Shown piece by piece: positions 38,170 to 49,706 of a stretch of DNA of 64,000 bases. Position 1 is the first letter of the stretch. The number at the start of each line of letters is the position of its first letter. This DNA comes from Centroscyllium fabricii. Lineage: Eukaryota. The stretch is from NCBI GenBank assembly GCA_051313645.2, contig JBNRSN020000010.1:10788001-10852000 (forward strand), in the 5' to 3' direction. The notes under the pieces were generated by a model. The model did no database searches and was not told the origin of the DNA. It saw only the letters and a program-made list of their open reading frames with translations. The translations under genes were made by a program, and so were the position numbers.

Positions 38170-38429
38170 AACAATATACTATTTCTGTATTTTGCAAAAC
38201 TACCCAACAACAAATTTCACATATTTCTCTTAATCTGACGTGTCAGATATAAAAACAATTTACATGAGCCTATTTGTTTAATGACTGTAACTAATGCAAA
38301 TTATGACTTAACCTGATTGACTCAGTGGAGAATTCACTTGTGGATAAATATACGTTCCCTCCCAATGCCTCAGCCGTGCGCCAGTTAGAGTTATTTTGTT
38401 CTGACAGAATTCATCCATTCTCACAGAGA
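38170..38429 (+). promoter_or_regulatory. Conserved upstream region of GPCR paralog 1
   Basis: Aligns with the reverse complement of 58295-58550; shared blocks TTTCTCTTAATCTGA, AATGACTGTAACTAATGC.AATTATG, TGTGGATAAATATA, CAGCCGTGCGCCAGT; octamer ATGCAAAT at 38294-38301. Confidence 0.7.
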
Positions 38430-39626
38430 ATGGGGCGACCAACTACTCTGCTGATCAAAGAGATTTACTACCCGATTCTCGCTGCCGTCGGTGTCCCTGG
38501 TGAGTGATGCTAACCTGTTTGTTTTTAATCGGAGTTCTCGAGATAGCTGCATTAAACATACGGCAGTAATAAGAACCAAATCCTGAGGCGTGAGTCCGCT
38601 TAATCCGATAACCTCAGTGAAATGGCAGTGTTCTTAGAATCTCCCAAAACATTTTTTTAGAAGATTTCGGATCGTCTCGTCACCTCGTGCAGAGTGAGCT
38701 CATTAAAATATGTGGGTGGGTTTCCCTGGTAAGGGCTCCAAAACGAATCCTGTTGTTACACTGGTTTGTGTTGATAATCTAGCTGACCAGAGTCACTTGC
38801 TATCAACAGCTATCTCCATATCGATTTCATCAGACGCTGGAACATTATTTGTCTGCTCTCTCTTTCTTACAGCGAACTTGGTGACAATGGTGATTATCTT
38901 TCGAGGAAACTGCGGACTTACCAGGTGTATCTCTGTCTACATGGTGGCCATAGCAACGGCAGATCTACTTGTCTTAATCATTAATGTAATAATGTATAAT
39001 ATTTTCAATTATCGCTTTCCACTTTCATTCCTGTACTACACCCCAGTGTGTAAGTTCATTATATATATAAAAGCTGTCAACCTCAATTTGTCTGTTTGGT
39101 TCACCGTCTGCTTCACATTTGACCGATGTGTTGTTATCTGCTCCCTGAAATTTAAAGCAAAGTATTGCACCGAGACGATTGCAGCCGCGGTTTTAACAGC
39201 TATCTCGATCCTAAGCTTTTTAAAGGACATCCCCATTTGGTTTGCGTTTGAAGCACAGCTAATAATTAACACGGTACACTGGGGCTGCCGGCAAAATGTG
39301 GCTTTTGTTTCCTCTCCTCCAGTTGTAACCTACATCTGGTTTCACAGCGCCTGGGGCGTTTGGCTTCCTTTTACGTTAATTTCCTTGTTTAATTATTTGA
39401 CAATCAGACGTATTTTAGTGGCCAGCAGAGCTCGCAGGGGACTCCTGGGTCAAAGGAGTGAAAATCACAGCGACCCAGAGATGGAGAACCGAAGGAAATC
39501 CATCATATTACTCTTCACTATATCGGGCTGTTTTATATTGTTTTGGCTGACAGCTGCCGTGAGTTTTGTAACTGCCAAACTGACAAACATCAATTATTAC
39601 CGAGGTGACCGCACAGACCCTGCATA

Positions 39627-39899
39627 CAACAGAGGGGAGGAGGCTATAAAAGGCGCCGAGGAGCAAAGCCCAGGACACAGAGGCAGCGCGGGCTTTTCAA
39701 AAAGCCAGGGGAGCAGCGCGACTGAAGCGGCCCTAGGAGAGGGCACGGAGTCGGAAGCGGCGGCAGCAACAGAGGGGAGGAGGCTATAAAAGGCGCCGAG
39801 GAGCAAAGCCCAGGACACAGAGGCAGCGCGGGCTTTTCAAAAAGCCAGGGGAGCAGCGCGACTGAAGCGGCCCTAGGAGAGGGCACGGAGTCGGAAGCG
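39627..39899 (+). repeat. Two tandem 140-bp 5' UTR monomers, each with CTATAAAAG
   Basis: 39627-39766 repeated at 39767-39899 (second copy 133 bp), no differences seen. Confidence 0.92.
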
Positions 39900-40294
39900 C
39901 AGCCGTTCAGCAGCGTCGCCGGGGGGCGGGACAAGTCTCTGCAAGTCTCGCGGGACTTTCTTTGCAGTATAAAAGGGGAGCGGTGTGCTAAACCCGAAAC
40001 ACTACATGGTAGTGTTTCCCACCCTTCCATCCTCCTCTAACCTTAGGGGGTTAGAGCGATTTTAAAAAAGATTTGTAAGGTCGACCACTCCTGTATTAGA
40101 GGGTCCCAACTCAATCATCTCCTTTCAAAACAAAAACAGCCCCTAGTTTCTTCAGCCTTTCTTCAGACACCAGCTTTGTGACCCTTCCCCAAAAAAGGGT
40201 CACAAAGCCTGAAGGAACGATTTCAAGAAACTAAGGACAGGAATTTTCTGGACATTGTCTCGGGAAGCTGTGGAGTGTATAAGAAGGGTGAAAA

Positions 40295-41401
40295 ATGGCT
40301 AGAAATGGTATAAAGTGTACTTCATGTAACATGACCCAGCTGGGGGGGCCAAAGGGCATGCAGACTGTGTTGCAAAGGGGGTTTGTGTGTGAGAAATGTG
40401 AGCAGTTGCAGCTTTTGCAAAAGAAAGTGGAAGAACTGGAGAGGTGCCTAGAGGAGCTAAAAGTCCAAAGGAAGGTGGAGGAGGAACATGTGAAAGAGAT
40501 GGAAAGGGACATAGACGACATAAAATTAGTGAGAGGGATGGATGAGGAGTATGTGATGGGGCTGGAGAGAGACATTGAAGATATAAATTTGGTGAGAGGG
40601 GCGGAGGAGGCATTTGAAGCCCACGGGAAGATGGCTGGAACCTCCAGCATAAAGATGGAGATAAGGAAGGAGAAACCCCCAGTCCATAAAAAGGCAGGGA
40701 AGATAATGGCAGAGAAAGAGCCACCAAAAAGAAAGGAAAAGGAAGTACCGGGCACCCCTGGGGCTGCACCCAATATAAATGGGGATGCACCCCTAGGGAC
40801 CGAAGTAAGGGAGGAGCCAGAGAAGAAGGAAAAAACGGAGGAAGGCCCTGACACAGAAGTGGAAGGAAAAAAGGGAGAACTTAAATTTAGAAAGAGAACC
40901 ATCGTTATGGGAGATTCAATGGTCAGAGGGACGGAAGGCGGGTTCTGTAGAAAATTAAAAATGGAAAGATTGGTGTGCTGTTTCCCGGGGGCCAAGATTC
41001 GTGATATCAAAGACAGAGTACATGAAACGTTACAATTTGAGCACAAGAAAGTGCAGGTGATCGTACATGTAGGGACAAACGACATAGACAAAAGGAAGGA
41101 TGAGGAAATCAAAGGAGATTATAGGGAGATGGTAAAAAGACTGAAGGAAAAAACAAAATACATTACGGTATCAGGTATTTTGCCAGCACCCAGGGACGCA
41201 ACATGGAAGAACAAGAAGAGGGAGGAATTAAATGAATGGCTACAGGAGATGTGCAAGAATGAGGAGGTGGGGTTTGTAGACAATTGGAGCCGGTTCCGGG
41301 GAAGAAAGGAGCTGTATAATGAGGATGGGTTGCACCTGAACGGGAGGGGAACATTTATTCTGGGGGGTAGACTTGCAGAAACAATCAGGGATTTAAACTG
41401 A
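40295..41401 (+). CDS. CR1 ORF1p: CxxC..CxxC zinc finger, coiled coil and SGNH/GDSL esterase domain
   Basis: CTSC..CEKC, heptad LQLLQKKVEELERCLEEL, esterase blocks IVMGDSMVR / CFPGA / VHVGTND / DGLHLN. Confidence 0.92.
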   Translation: MARNGIKCTSCNMTQLGGPKGMQTVLQRGFVCEKCEQLQLLQKKVEELERCLEELKVQRKVEEEHVKEMERDIDDIKLVRGMDEEYVMGLERDIEDINLVRGAEEAFEAHGKMAGTSSIKMEIRKEKPPVHKKAGKIMAEKEPPKRKEKEVPGTPGAAPNINGDAPLGTEVREEPEKKEKTEEGPDTEVEGKKGELKFRKRTIVMGDSMVRGTEGGFCRKLKMERLVCCFPGAKIRDIKDRVHETLQFEHKKVQVIVHVGTNDIDKRKDEEIKGDYREMVKRLKEKTKYITVSGILPAPRDATWKNKKREELNEWLQEMCKNEEVGFVDNWSRFRGRKELYNEDGLHLNGRGTFILGGRLAETIRDLN

Positions 41402-41422
41402 AAAATAGGGGGGGGGGATGGG

Positions 41423-44269
41423 ATGGATGGGAACAAGGAGGGAAATAAAGAAGGGATAGGGCATCGGGCAGGAAAAAAGGGTCAGCAGGGAGGAAATAAT
41501 GGGCTAAGGTGTGCATACTTTAATGCAAGAAGCATTAAGAATAAAACTGGAGAGCTAGAGGCCTGGCTATCAGCATGGGAGTACGATGTGGTGGCGGTAA
41601 CAGAGACATGGGTAGAGAGGGGACAGGAATGGTTGTTGGGGGTCCAGGGGTACAGAACATTTAGCAAATGCAGGGAGGAAGGAAAACGAGGAGGAGGAGT
41701 AGCGATTCTGGTAAAGGACACTCTGAAGGCGGTAGAGAAGCAGCAAGGAAAGGAATCGAAGGTGGAATCAGTATGGGCGGAAATAAGGAACAAAAAAGGG
41801 CAAGTCACACTGGTAGGTGTCTACTATAGACCGCCTAACAGTGAGAAGGAGGTGGAGGAAGAGATAGCGGAGGAAATAAGGGGTAGATGTGAAAAGCACA
41901 AAGTAGTGGTGATGGGGGACTTCAACTTTCCACACATAAGCTGGGAAACGTTCAGGGTCAATGGCTCGGAAGGAGAGGTGTTCGCGCAGTGTGTGCAGGA
42001 GAACTTCCTAACGCAATACGTGGAGAACCCAACAAGGGGGGCAGCAATTCTGGATCTGGTATTAGGCAATGAACCGGGGCAAGTAGAAGGGATGGAAATC
42101 AGGGAGAGCTTTGGAGACAGTGACCACGACTCACTGACATTCAGCATAAGAATGGATAAGGACGAGGACAGGAGGACAAATAGGGCGTACTGCTGGGGAA
42201 AAGGGAACTACGGGGGCATCAGGCAAGACTTGAGCAAAGGGGAATGGGATAACGAGGCCAGGAACGGAAATCCGCAGGAAAGATGGCAGGGGTTCAGGGA
42301 TCGCATATTGGAGGCCCTGAGCAAACATGTACCATGCAGAAGGGGTGACAGAAGGAGGAGGAGGGAACCATGGTGTACGAAAGGGGTAATACAGCTGGTT
42401 AAAAAGAAAAAGGAGGCTTACAGGTCCATGAGGAGGAAGGAAGACACTGGTACAAGGACGAAGTATAAAGAGGCTAGGAGGGAACTGAAGAACGAACTAA
42501 GGAAAACGAAAAGGGGGCATGAAAAAACACTGGCGGGAAAGGTCAAGGAGAACCCAAAGGCATTCTATGCTTATGTAAGAAGCAAGAGAATGAAAAGGGA
42601 AAGTTTGGGACCATTAAAGAACGGGGAGGGACAGATGTGTGTGGAGCAGGAAGAAATGGCGGAAACCTTGAATGAATACTTTGCGTCAGTATTTACCAAG
42701 GAAAGGGACCAGGAAGGGGGGGGGACAGACGTAGAACAGGGGAGGGGAATGGGGGAGGGGAGGATATCGAGGGAGGAGGTGTTAGGAATACTGGAACGGT
42801 TAAAGGTGGATAAATCACCGGGGCCAGACGGGGTGTATCCGAGGATACTATGGGAGGCAAGGGAAGAAATAGCGGCACCCCTGGCCTCGATCTTTGAGGC
42901 CTCACTAGCATCAGGGATGGTGCCGGGTGATTGGAGGGAGGCGAATGTAGTTCCACTATTTAAGAAAGGGTCCAGGGAGGAACCGGGAAACTACAGACCG
43001 GTCAGCCTGACCTCAGTGGTGGGAAAAGTAATGGAGAGGGTACTGAGGGATAGGGTGTATAGGCACTTAGAAGAGGTTAAATTCATTAGGAGCAGTCAGC
43101 ACGGATTTGTGAAGGGCAAATCGTGCCTGACAAATCTGATAGAGTTCTTTGAGGAAGTGACCAGGAGTGTGGATGAAGGGAAGGCGGTTGATGTAATCTA
43201 TATGGATTTCAGCAAGGCCTTTGATAAAGTTCCACATGGAAGACTGATGAGGAAAGTAAGGGGATGTGGGGTAAATGAGGGAATAGCTAACTGGATAGAG
43301 AACTGGCTGGCGCAAAGGAGACAGAGAGTGGTAGTGGATGGATGTTACTCCAGTTGGAGACCGGTCACCAGCGGGGTCCCGCAGGGATCAGTGCTGGGTC
43401 CACTACTGTTCGCTATCTTCATAAATGACTTGGAGGAAGGAACAGAGGGGTGGGTCAGTAAGTTTGCGGACGATACTAAAATTGGGGGGGAAGTGGATGA
43501 GGAAGAAGGAGGGGAGAGACTACAGAGGGATATAGAAAGAATGCAGGGATGGGCTGAGAGATGGCAGATGGAGTTCAATGCTGGGAAATGTGAGGTGATG
43601 CATTTTGGCAGAAAGAACGGAAGGAGGGAATACAGACTAAACGGAAAAGTGTTAAAGGAAACGGAGGAGCAGAGAGATCTGGGGGTGTATGTGCATAGGT
43701 CACTGAAGGCGGCCACACAGGTGGACAGGGCAGCAAAGAAGGCCTATGGGATACTGGCCTTCATCAATAGGGGCCTGGAGTTTAGGGACAGAGAGGTGTT
43801 GATGAGGCTGTATACAACGCTGGTACGACCGCACTTGGAGTACTGCGTTCAGTTCTGGGCACCGAGGTACAGGAAGGACGTGGAGACTCTGGAGAGGGTG
43901 CAGAGGAGATTCACAAGGATGCTGCCGGGGATGGGAGGGAAGACGTACGAGGAGAGGCTGGGGCAACTGGGGCTGTTCACTCTAGAGAGAAGAAGGGCAA
44001 GGGGAGACCTGATAGAGGTATTCAAAATGATGAAGGGCATTGATCAGGTGGACATACAAAGACTGTTTCCAAGGATGGGGGAGATAGGTACGAGAGGACA
44101 CAAGTATAAAATACAGGGAGGAAAGTTCAGAAGGGATGGAAGAGGGGGGTTCTTCACGCAGAGGGTTGTGGGCGATTGGAATAGGCTGCCGGCACGGATT
44201 GTAGAGGCAGGCAGCCTGGAGGCGTTCAAGAGGAAACTGGATATCCACATGGGGAGAGAAGGGTATTAG
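41423..44269 (+). CDS. CR1 ORF2p: APE endonuclease plus reverse transcriptase (948 aa, uninterrupted)
   Basis: YFNARSI, VAVTETW, GVYYRPP, MGDFNFP, GDSDH; NYRPVSLTS, YMDFSKAFD, GVPQGSVLGP, KFADDTK. Confidence 0.96.
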   Translation: MDGNKEGNKEGIGHRAGKKGQQGGNNGLRCAYFNARSIKNKTGELEAWLSAWEYDVVAVTETWVERGQEWLLGVQGYRTFSKCREEGKRGGGVAILVKDTLKAVEKQQGKESKVESVWAEIRNKKGQVTLVGVYYRPPNSEKEVEEEIAEEIRGRCEKHKVVVMGDFNFPHISWETFRVNGSEGEVFAQCVQENFLTQYVENPTRGAAILDLVLGNEPGQVEGMEIRESFGDSDHDSLTFSIRMDKDEDRRTNRAYCWGKGNYGGIRQDLSKGEWDNEARNGNPQERWQGFRDRILEALSKHVPCRRGDRRRRREPWCTKGVIQLVKKKKEAYRSMRRKEDTGTRTKYKEARRELKNELRKTKRGHEKTLAGKVKENPKAFYAYVRSKRMKRESLGPLKNGEGQMCVEQEEMAETLNEYFASVFTKERDQEGGGTDVEQGRGMGEGRISREEVLGILERLKVDKSPGPDGVYPRILWEAREEIAAPLASIFEASLASGMVPGDWREANVVPLFKKGSREEPGNYRPVSLTSVVGKVMERVLRDRVYRHLEEVKFIRSSQHGFVKGKSCLTNLIEFFEEVTRSVDEGKAVDVIYMDFSKAFDKVPHGRLMRKVRGCGVNEGIANWIENWLAQRRQRVVVDGCYSSWRPVTSGVPQGSVLGPLLFAIFINDLEEGTEGWVSKFADDTKIGGEVDEEEGGERLQRDIERMQGWAERWQMEFNAGKCEVMHFGRKNGRREYRLNGKVLKETEEQRDLGVYVHRSLKAATQVDRAAKKAYGILAFINRGLEFRDREVLMRLYTTLVRPHLEYCVQFWAPRYRKDVETLERVQRRFTRMLPGMGGKTYEERLGQLGLFTLERRRARGDLIEVFKMMKGIDQVDIQRLFPRMGEIGTRGHKYKIQGGKFRRDGRGGFFTQRVVGDWNRLPARIVEAGSLEAFKRKLDIHMGREGY

Positions 44270-45439
44270 AAGGGAAGCTGGAGGGATCGGGCGGCACGAC
44301 TTGTAGGCCGGCTGGCCTGTTCAAGTGCCGTAAATGTCTATTGTCTATTGTCTATATCGCCACTGAAACTGGAATAATGTTGAAGTTTTTGAGCTGTTTT
44401 CAAAACCCGTGTATTTATTTCGCCACCCAGAGGAAATTCAGAGAAGAGCTGAATAAAATGTTGAAATACCCCTGGATATTAATTCTGGGATTAGTTAGAA
44501 AATCAGGATCAAAGGAATAAATCAAACTAAATCTCTTCGTAACTAATCTCCGTTTGAACTCATTTTTCACCGTTGAACGTGCTTCTTTCTGATAGTGTGA
44601 AACGTGGGAGAGAAGTCGTGTGAACATTTTATCCATTTTGCAGCGTGCGTTTGGTGTTTCCAATGTATAATGTTTCATGCTTCTTTCATTGAGTAAATAT
44701 TTTCTGTTGCTGCAAATTTAGAACTTTGCACGTTCAGCGATCAATGATAACAATGATGAGCTTCAGCAGTGGACATGTGGTCAAAAGAGGAATGACCTTA
44801 CACTGCAGATACAGGGATCGGGCGCACCAGTTTATAATCATCAATAAAGTTTAATTCGGTGCAGAAACAATCAAAGGTTTTGCGATCAACGATATTGCTA
44901 ATTTCCTGGAAGTTTGGTGTCAATATTTCAGGCGTGTGTCTCTCTCTATCGGCAACATTCCTCATTGACAAATTGAGCGGACTCTTGTCACGTCATCAGT
45001 TTTAGAATGCAGAAATGAGTCGAAACTCGGCTCTTCGATGTGACCTTTCACCTCTTGTGTCCCTGATACTGAATTAAAATCTCGATTGTGCGTTGACTGG
45101 TGTCTCTCATTCAGCACAAAGTTGGAGTCTGCTCGTGTATTGTGCTGTCGATAAAAATATAATAAGTAATATTATTGATATCCTGTCGCAATTTTTCTCC
45201 CCAAAATTGTAAAGGATAGTAACAGGAATGTGTTTTTTTACAAATGTGTTTATTATTACAGTTGTTGTAAGTTATCTGTTAAAAACAGTGCCATAAATTA
45301 GATAAAATATAAATAATATCCAGTAATCTGTGTTTGGCTGAACACTTGCAGACTGTCAGAAATAATCTTTGGTAATTATAGTTTTATTATGCTGTTACAC
45401 ATTGTTTCAAATAATGATTGGAAAATACCAGCAACTTTG

Positions 45440-46200
45440 AATCAGTTACAAATTGTTCATCTCTGATTTCGGCTGATTGTGCGAGAAACGCCAATAAATG
45501 GGACCAGCATCTCAATGGGAAGGAGCTGATGTGTGTGGATGAAGAGCGATTGATATGCATCCGAATACCCAATTGCCAGAAAGTTCAAGAGCAAATCTAC
45601 TTGAATTATTGTATTATAAACAGGGACATTGAACACAAGAAAAAAACAAGTGATGACGAGTCTTTACACGATGCTGTTAAGGCCACCTTTGGAACAAATG
45701 ATACAGCTTCGATCCCTCATTGAGGAAAGACCATTAAAACCCCGGAGAAAGTGCAGTGTAGATACACCGGGATGGTGCCATGGATTAGAACTTTACTGAT
45801 GATGAGGGTCCAGATATGGTGACTATTTACACTGGAGCAGCGAAAGCTAAGAGGATATCTATTAAAGGTACTAAACGTTGTCAACACTTTCTTCAGAGTA
45901 AAGAGGGAGAGATTATTCCATTTGATAAGGGGGCCAACAATACCTGACGATCGAATTAAAATGGTCACAAAGGGATGAACATTGCAGTTATCAGAAATAT
46001 CTTTATGCAAAGCTTTGGTAGACCATGGAATGCTTTGCCTCAGATAATATTTAAGGCGAAGTCAGCTGAATATGTCCAAAAAAGAGAAAATAATTTTCTG
46101 TGGATAGAGGAGGACAATGCGAATAGGTTTTGTTTGCTGTCTTGAATAACCCAGTACAAATAGAGTAGGCTAAATAACGTAATCTCTCCCAGTGCATTTC
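45440..46200 (+). mobile_element. Old CR1 3' remnant
   Basis: Degenerate CR1-like segments (ACACTGGAGCAGCGAAAGCTAAGAGGATATCTATT; ATGGAATGCTTTGCC). Confidence 0.55.
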
Positions 46201-46904
46201 GATGGGCTTTTAGTGCTAAATGTGCTGGTATGATTTTCTTTGTTCTTGTTTCTAAGATACCCTAAGCCCCATTTTGCTTTTAGCTTCTATTGAACAAAAG
46301 ATTCTAAATAAACTGGTACCAAGGAAGATCCCATATGTTCAACAGTCACCCGTCGCTTACAGGTTCGCATTTGTCGTTAACCTGCTTTCATTTTGTAATT
46401 ATCACTCTGTGCAGTGCCAGATCTCCATCGCTTCCTATAATATCTCTTCATGTATCGATGTGAATCTTTGTCCTGTGCTCCATTATAATCCGACTGCGAT
46501 CTTTTGCAGCTGAATTTCCTCAGCTTTTCAGGCCAATGATTTGTTTCAGAAATTCAAGCAGGTTAGTTATGTATTAAATATCGCCCCTTAGCCCATATCT
46601 CCCGGCCTTGGGATTATTTCAGCCAGTGCCGGAACCTCAACAATCTTTTCTAATTAAGGAAAATTGCGGCAGTGTCAGTGAAGCGTTCGTCCTGTCAATC
46701 CCCGTTCCTATTTCCTGCATGGTCTGCGTCCCTGGATTCCAGAATCCCCTTTTATGAGGTTGATCACTGTAACTAAACACATAATGCCTTGATCGCTGTC
46801 GCTCTTACAAGCATTCAAAAATTCACATGTGACCTACATTATTTATTTCATATTCCAAGCGGCTATTGCTGGTCCTTATATACATATATATATTTTTTGT
46901 TATT

Positions 46905-49210
46905 CATTGATGGGATGTGGGCGTCGCTGGCTGGCTAGGCCTGCATTTAGTGCACATCCCTAATTGCCCTTGAGAAGATGGTGGTGAGCCACCTTCTTGA
47001 ACCGCTGCAGTCCATATGTTGTAGGTAAACCGACAATGTTGTTAGGAAGGGAGTTCCAGGATTTTGGCCCAGCGACAGTGAAGGAGCGGCGATACAAGTC
47101 CAAGTCAGGATGGTGTGTGGCTTGGAGGGGAACTTGTAGGTGGTGCTGTTCCCATGAATCTGCTGCCCTTGTCCTTCTAGTGGTAGAGGTCGCGGGTTTG
47201 GAAGGTGCTGTTGAAGGAGCTTTGGCGAGTTGCTGCAGTGCATCTTGTAGATGGTAAACACTGCAGCCACAGTGCGCCGGTGGTGGAGGGAGTGAATGTT
47301 GAAGTTGGTGGATGGAGTGCCAATCAAGCGGGCTGCATTATCCTGAATGGTGTCGAGCTTCTTGAGTGTTGTTGGAGCTGTACTCATCCAGGCAAGTGGA
47401 GAGTATTCCATCACAATCCTGACTTGTGCCTTGTAGATGGTGAAAAGATTTTGGGGAGTCAGGAGATGAGACACTCGCCGCAGAATTCCCAGCCTCTGGC
47501 CTGCTCTTGTAGCTACAGTATTTATATGGCTGGTCCAGTTCAGTTTCCGATCAATGGTAACCCCCAGGATGTTGATAGTGGGGGATTCAGCGATGATAAT
47601 GCCATTGAATGTCAAGGGGAGATGGTTAGAATCTCGCTTGTTGGAGATGGTCATTGCCTGGCACTTGTGTGGTGCGAATCTTATTTGCCACTTGTCAGCC
47701 CAAGTGTGAATGTTGTCCAGGTCTTGCTGCATATGGACACGGACTGCGTCAGTATCTGACGAGTCTCGATTGGTGCTGAACATTGTGCAATCATTAGCGT
47801 ACATCGCCACTTCTGACCTTATGAGGGAGGGAAGGTCATTGATGAAACATCTGAAGATGGTTGGGCCTAGGACACTGCCTTGAGGAACTCCTGCAGTGAT
47901 GTCCTGTGGTTGAGATGAATGCCCTCCAACAACCACAGCCAACTTCCTTTGTGCTAGGTATGATTCCAACCAATGGAGAGCTTTCCCCTTGATTCCCATT
48001 GACTTCAGCTTTGCCAGGGCTCCTTGAAGCCACACTCGATCAAATGCTGCCTTGATGTCAAGGGCAGTCACTCTCACCTCAGCTCTTAAGTTCATCTCTT
48101 TTGTCCATGTTTTGGATCAAGGCTGTGATGGAGTCAGGAGCTGAGTGGCCCTGGCGGATCCAAACTGGGCGTCAGTTAGCAGGTTATTGCTGAGTAAATG
48201 CCGCTTGATAGCACTGTCAATGACACCTTCCATCACTTTGCTGATCATTGAGAGTAGACTGATGGTCAGTAATTGGCTGGGTCAGATTTGTCCTGCTCTT
48301 TGTAGACAGGACATACTTGGGCAATTTTCCACATTGCTGGGTAGATGCCAGTGTTGTAGCTGTACTGGAACAGCTTGGCTAGGGGTGCAGCTAGTTCTGG
48401 AGCACAAGTCTTCAGTTCTATTGCCGGAATGTTGTCAGGACCCATATCCTTTGCTGTATCCAGTGTCTACAGCCGTTTCTTGACATCACGTGGAGTGAAT
48501 TGAATGGGCTGAAGACTGGCATCTGTGATGCTGGGGACCTCAGGAGGAGGCCGAGATGGATCATCCACTCGGCATTTCTGGCTGAAGATAGTTGCAAATG
48601 CTTCAGCCTTGTCATTTGCACTCACGTGCTGGGCTCCACCATCGTTGAGGATGGGGATATTTGTGGAGTCTCCTCCTCCTTTTAACTGCTTAATAGTCCA
48701 CCACCACTCACGACTGGATGTGGCAGGACTGCAGAGCTTTGATTTGATCCGATGGTTGTGAGATCGCTTAGCTCTGTCTATCACATGTTGCTTCTGTTGT
48801 TTGCCATGCAAGTAGTCCTGTGTTGTAGCCTTGCCGGGTTGGCACCTCATTTTCCGGTATGCCTGGTGCTGTTCCCGGTGTGCTCTCCTGCATTCTTCGT
48901 TAAACCAGGGTTGATCTCCCGGCTTGATGGTAATGGTAGAGTGAGGGATATGCCGGGCCATGAGGTTACATATTGTGGTTGAATACAATTCTGCTGCTGC
49001 TGATGGCCCACAGCGCCTCATGGATGCCCAGTTTTCAGTTGCCAGATCTGTTCGAAATCTGTCCCATTTAGCACGGTGTCAGCTATGTCCTTTAGGAATC
49101 GGCCAGCTCGGTCAGTTGTTGTGCTTTTGAGCCACTCTTGGTGATGGACATTGAAGTCCCCCACCCAGAGGTCATTTGTGCCCTTGCTACTCTCAGTGCT
49201 TCTTCGAATT
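46905..49210 (-). mobile_element. CR1/L2-group LINE (family B), 5'-truncated
   Basis: 382-aa ORF with ALDIKAAFDRVW, GVPQGSVLGP, MYANDCTMF; upstream DQPWFNEEC..REWWWTIK and a GDFNVH EN remnant; same family as 5911-7245. Confidence 0.9.
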
Positions 49211-49706
49211 GATGACTATTTACCAGCTAGATTCATTGAATAATTAAAACAACACTTTTTCTTAATAATTAATAACGCTACCGACATAATAATGTGGGCC
49301 CACGATGTCTCCTATTCTCTTTTAAGTGGAAAATATATTTAAATTTCACTCCCACTAGCTCCTACTTAACAACTTCCTTTATGTCTAATCTATCGTTCGG
49401 ATCTCCTGGACCTGCACCACTGCCGGAGCTCCCCACGCACACGGGTAGATTATTGGAACATTATGGATTCGCCTCATCAGATTTTATTCCATTTTCGTGA
49501 TTGGGTTAAGGTCACGGGCAATTCTCGTGGCGTAGAAACATAGAATTAGTGGCTCTTAAGGAATTTATGCGGTCTTGGAGGCCTCTCTCGGCTCTTTGAA
49601 CTAGGAATACAATTAGTCCAAATCCTCTGTTATTGGCCCAGAATATCGCTTTTGGAAACATATATCCAATTCCCATTTGAAGTTACTATTTTCATAAAGT
49701 TTTCAG

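Larger units (their letters stand above)
39627..44352 (+). mobile_element. Full-length CR1 LINE with intact ORF1 and ORF2
   Basis: 5' UTR with tandem monomers; ORF1 40295-41401; ORF2 41423-44269; short 3' UTR; (GTCTATT)n tail; host gene resumes at 44353. Confidence 0.96.
38430..44520 (+). pseudogene. GPR139/GPR142-like class A GPCR, paralog 1, disrupted by a CR1 insertion
   Basis: Exon 1 38430-38499 (MGRPTTLLIKEIYYPILAAVGVP, GTGAGT donor); intron 38500-38872; exon 2 38873-39624 plus 44353-44520 (YIATETGIMLKFLSCFQNPCIYFATQRKFREEL...KE*). Removing the LINE restores a 329-aa ORF, the same length as paralog 2. Confidence 0.9.

Noticed and set aside
38710-38872. N-terminal extensions of ORFs 38710..39789 and 56887..57891
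   Set aside because: These are intron read-through; a polypyrimidine-CAG acceptor and a conserved 70-nt exon 1 give the real N-terminus in both paralogs
40231-41112. 293-aa and other antisense ORFs over the CR1 elements
   Set aside because: Ser/Phe/Pro-rich shadows of a purine-rich sense strand; no domain features
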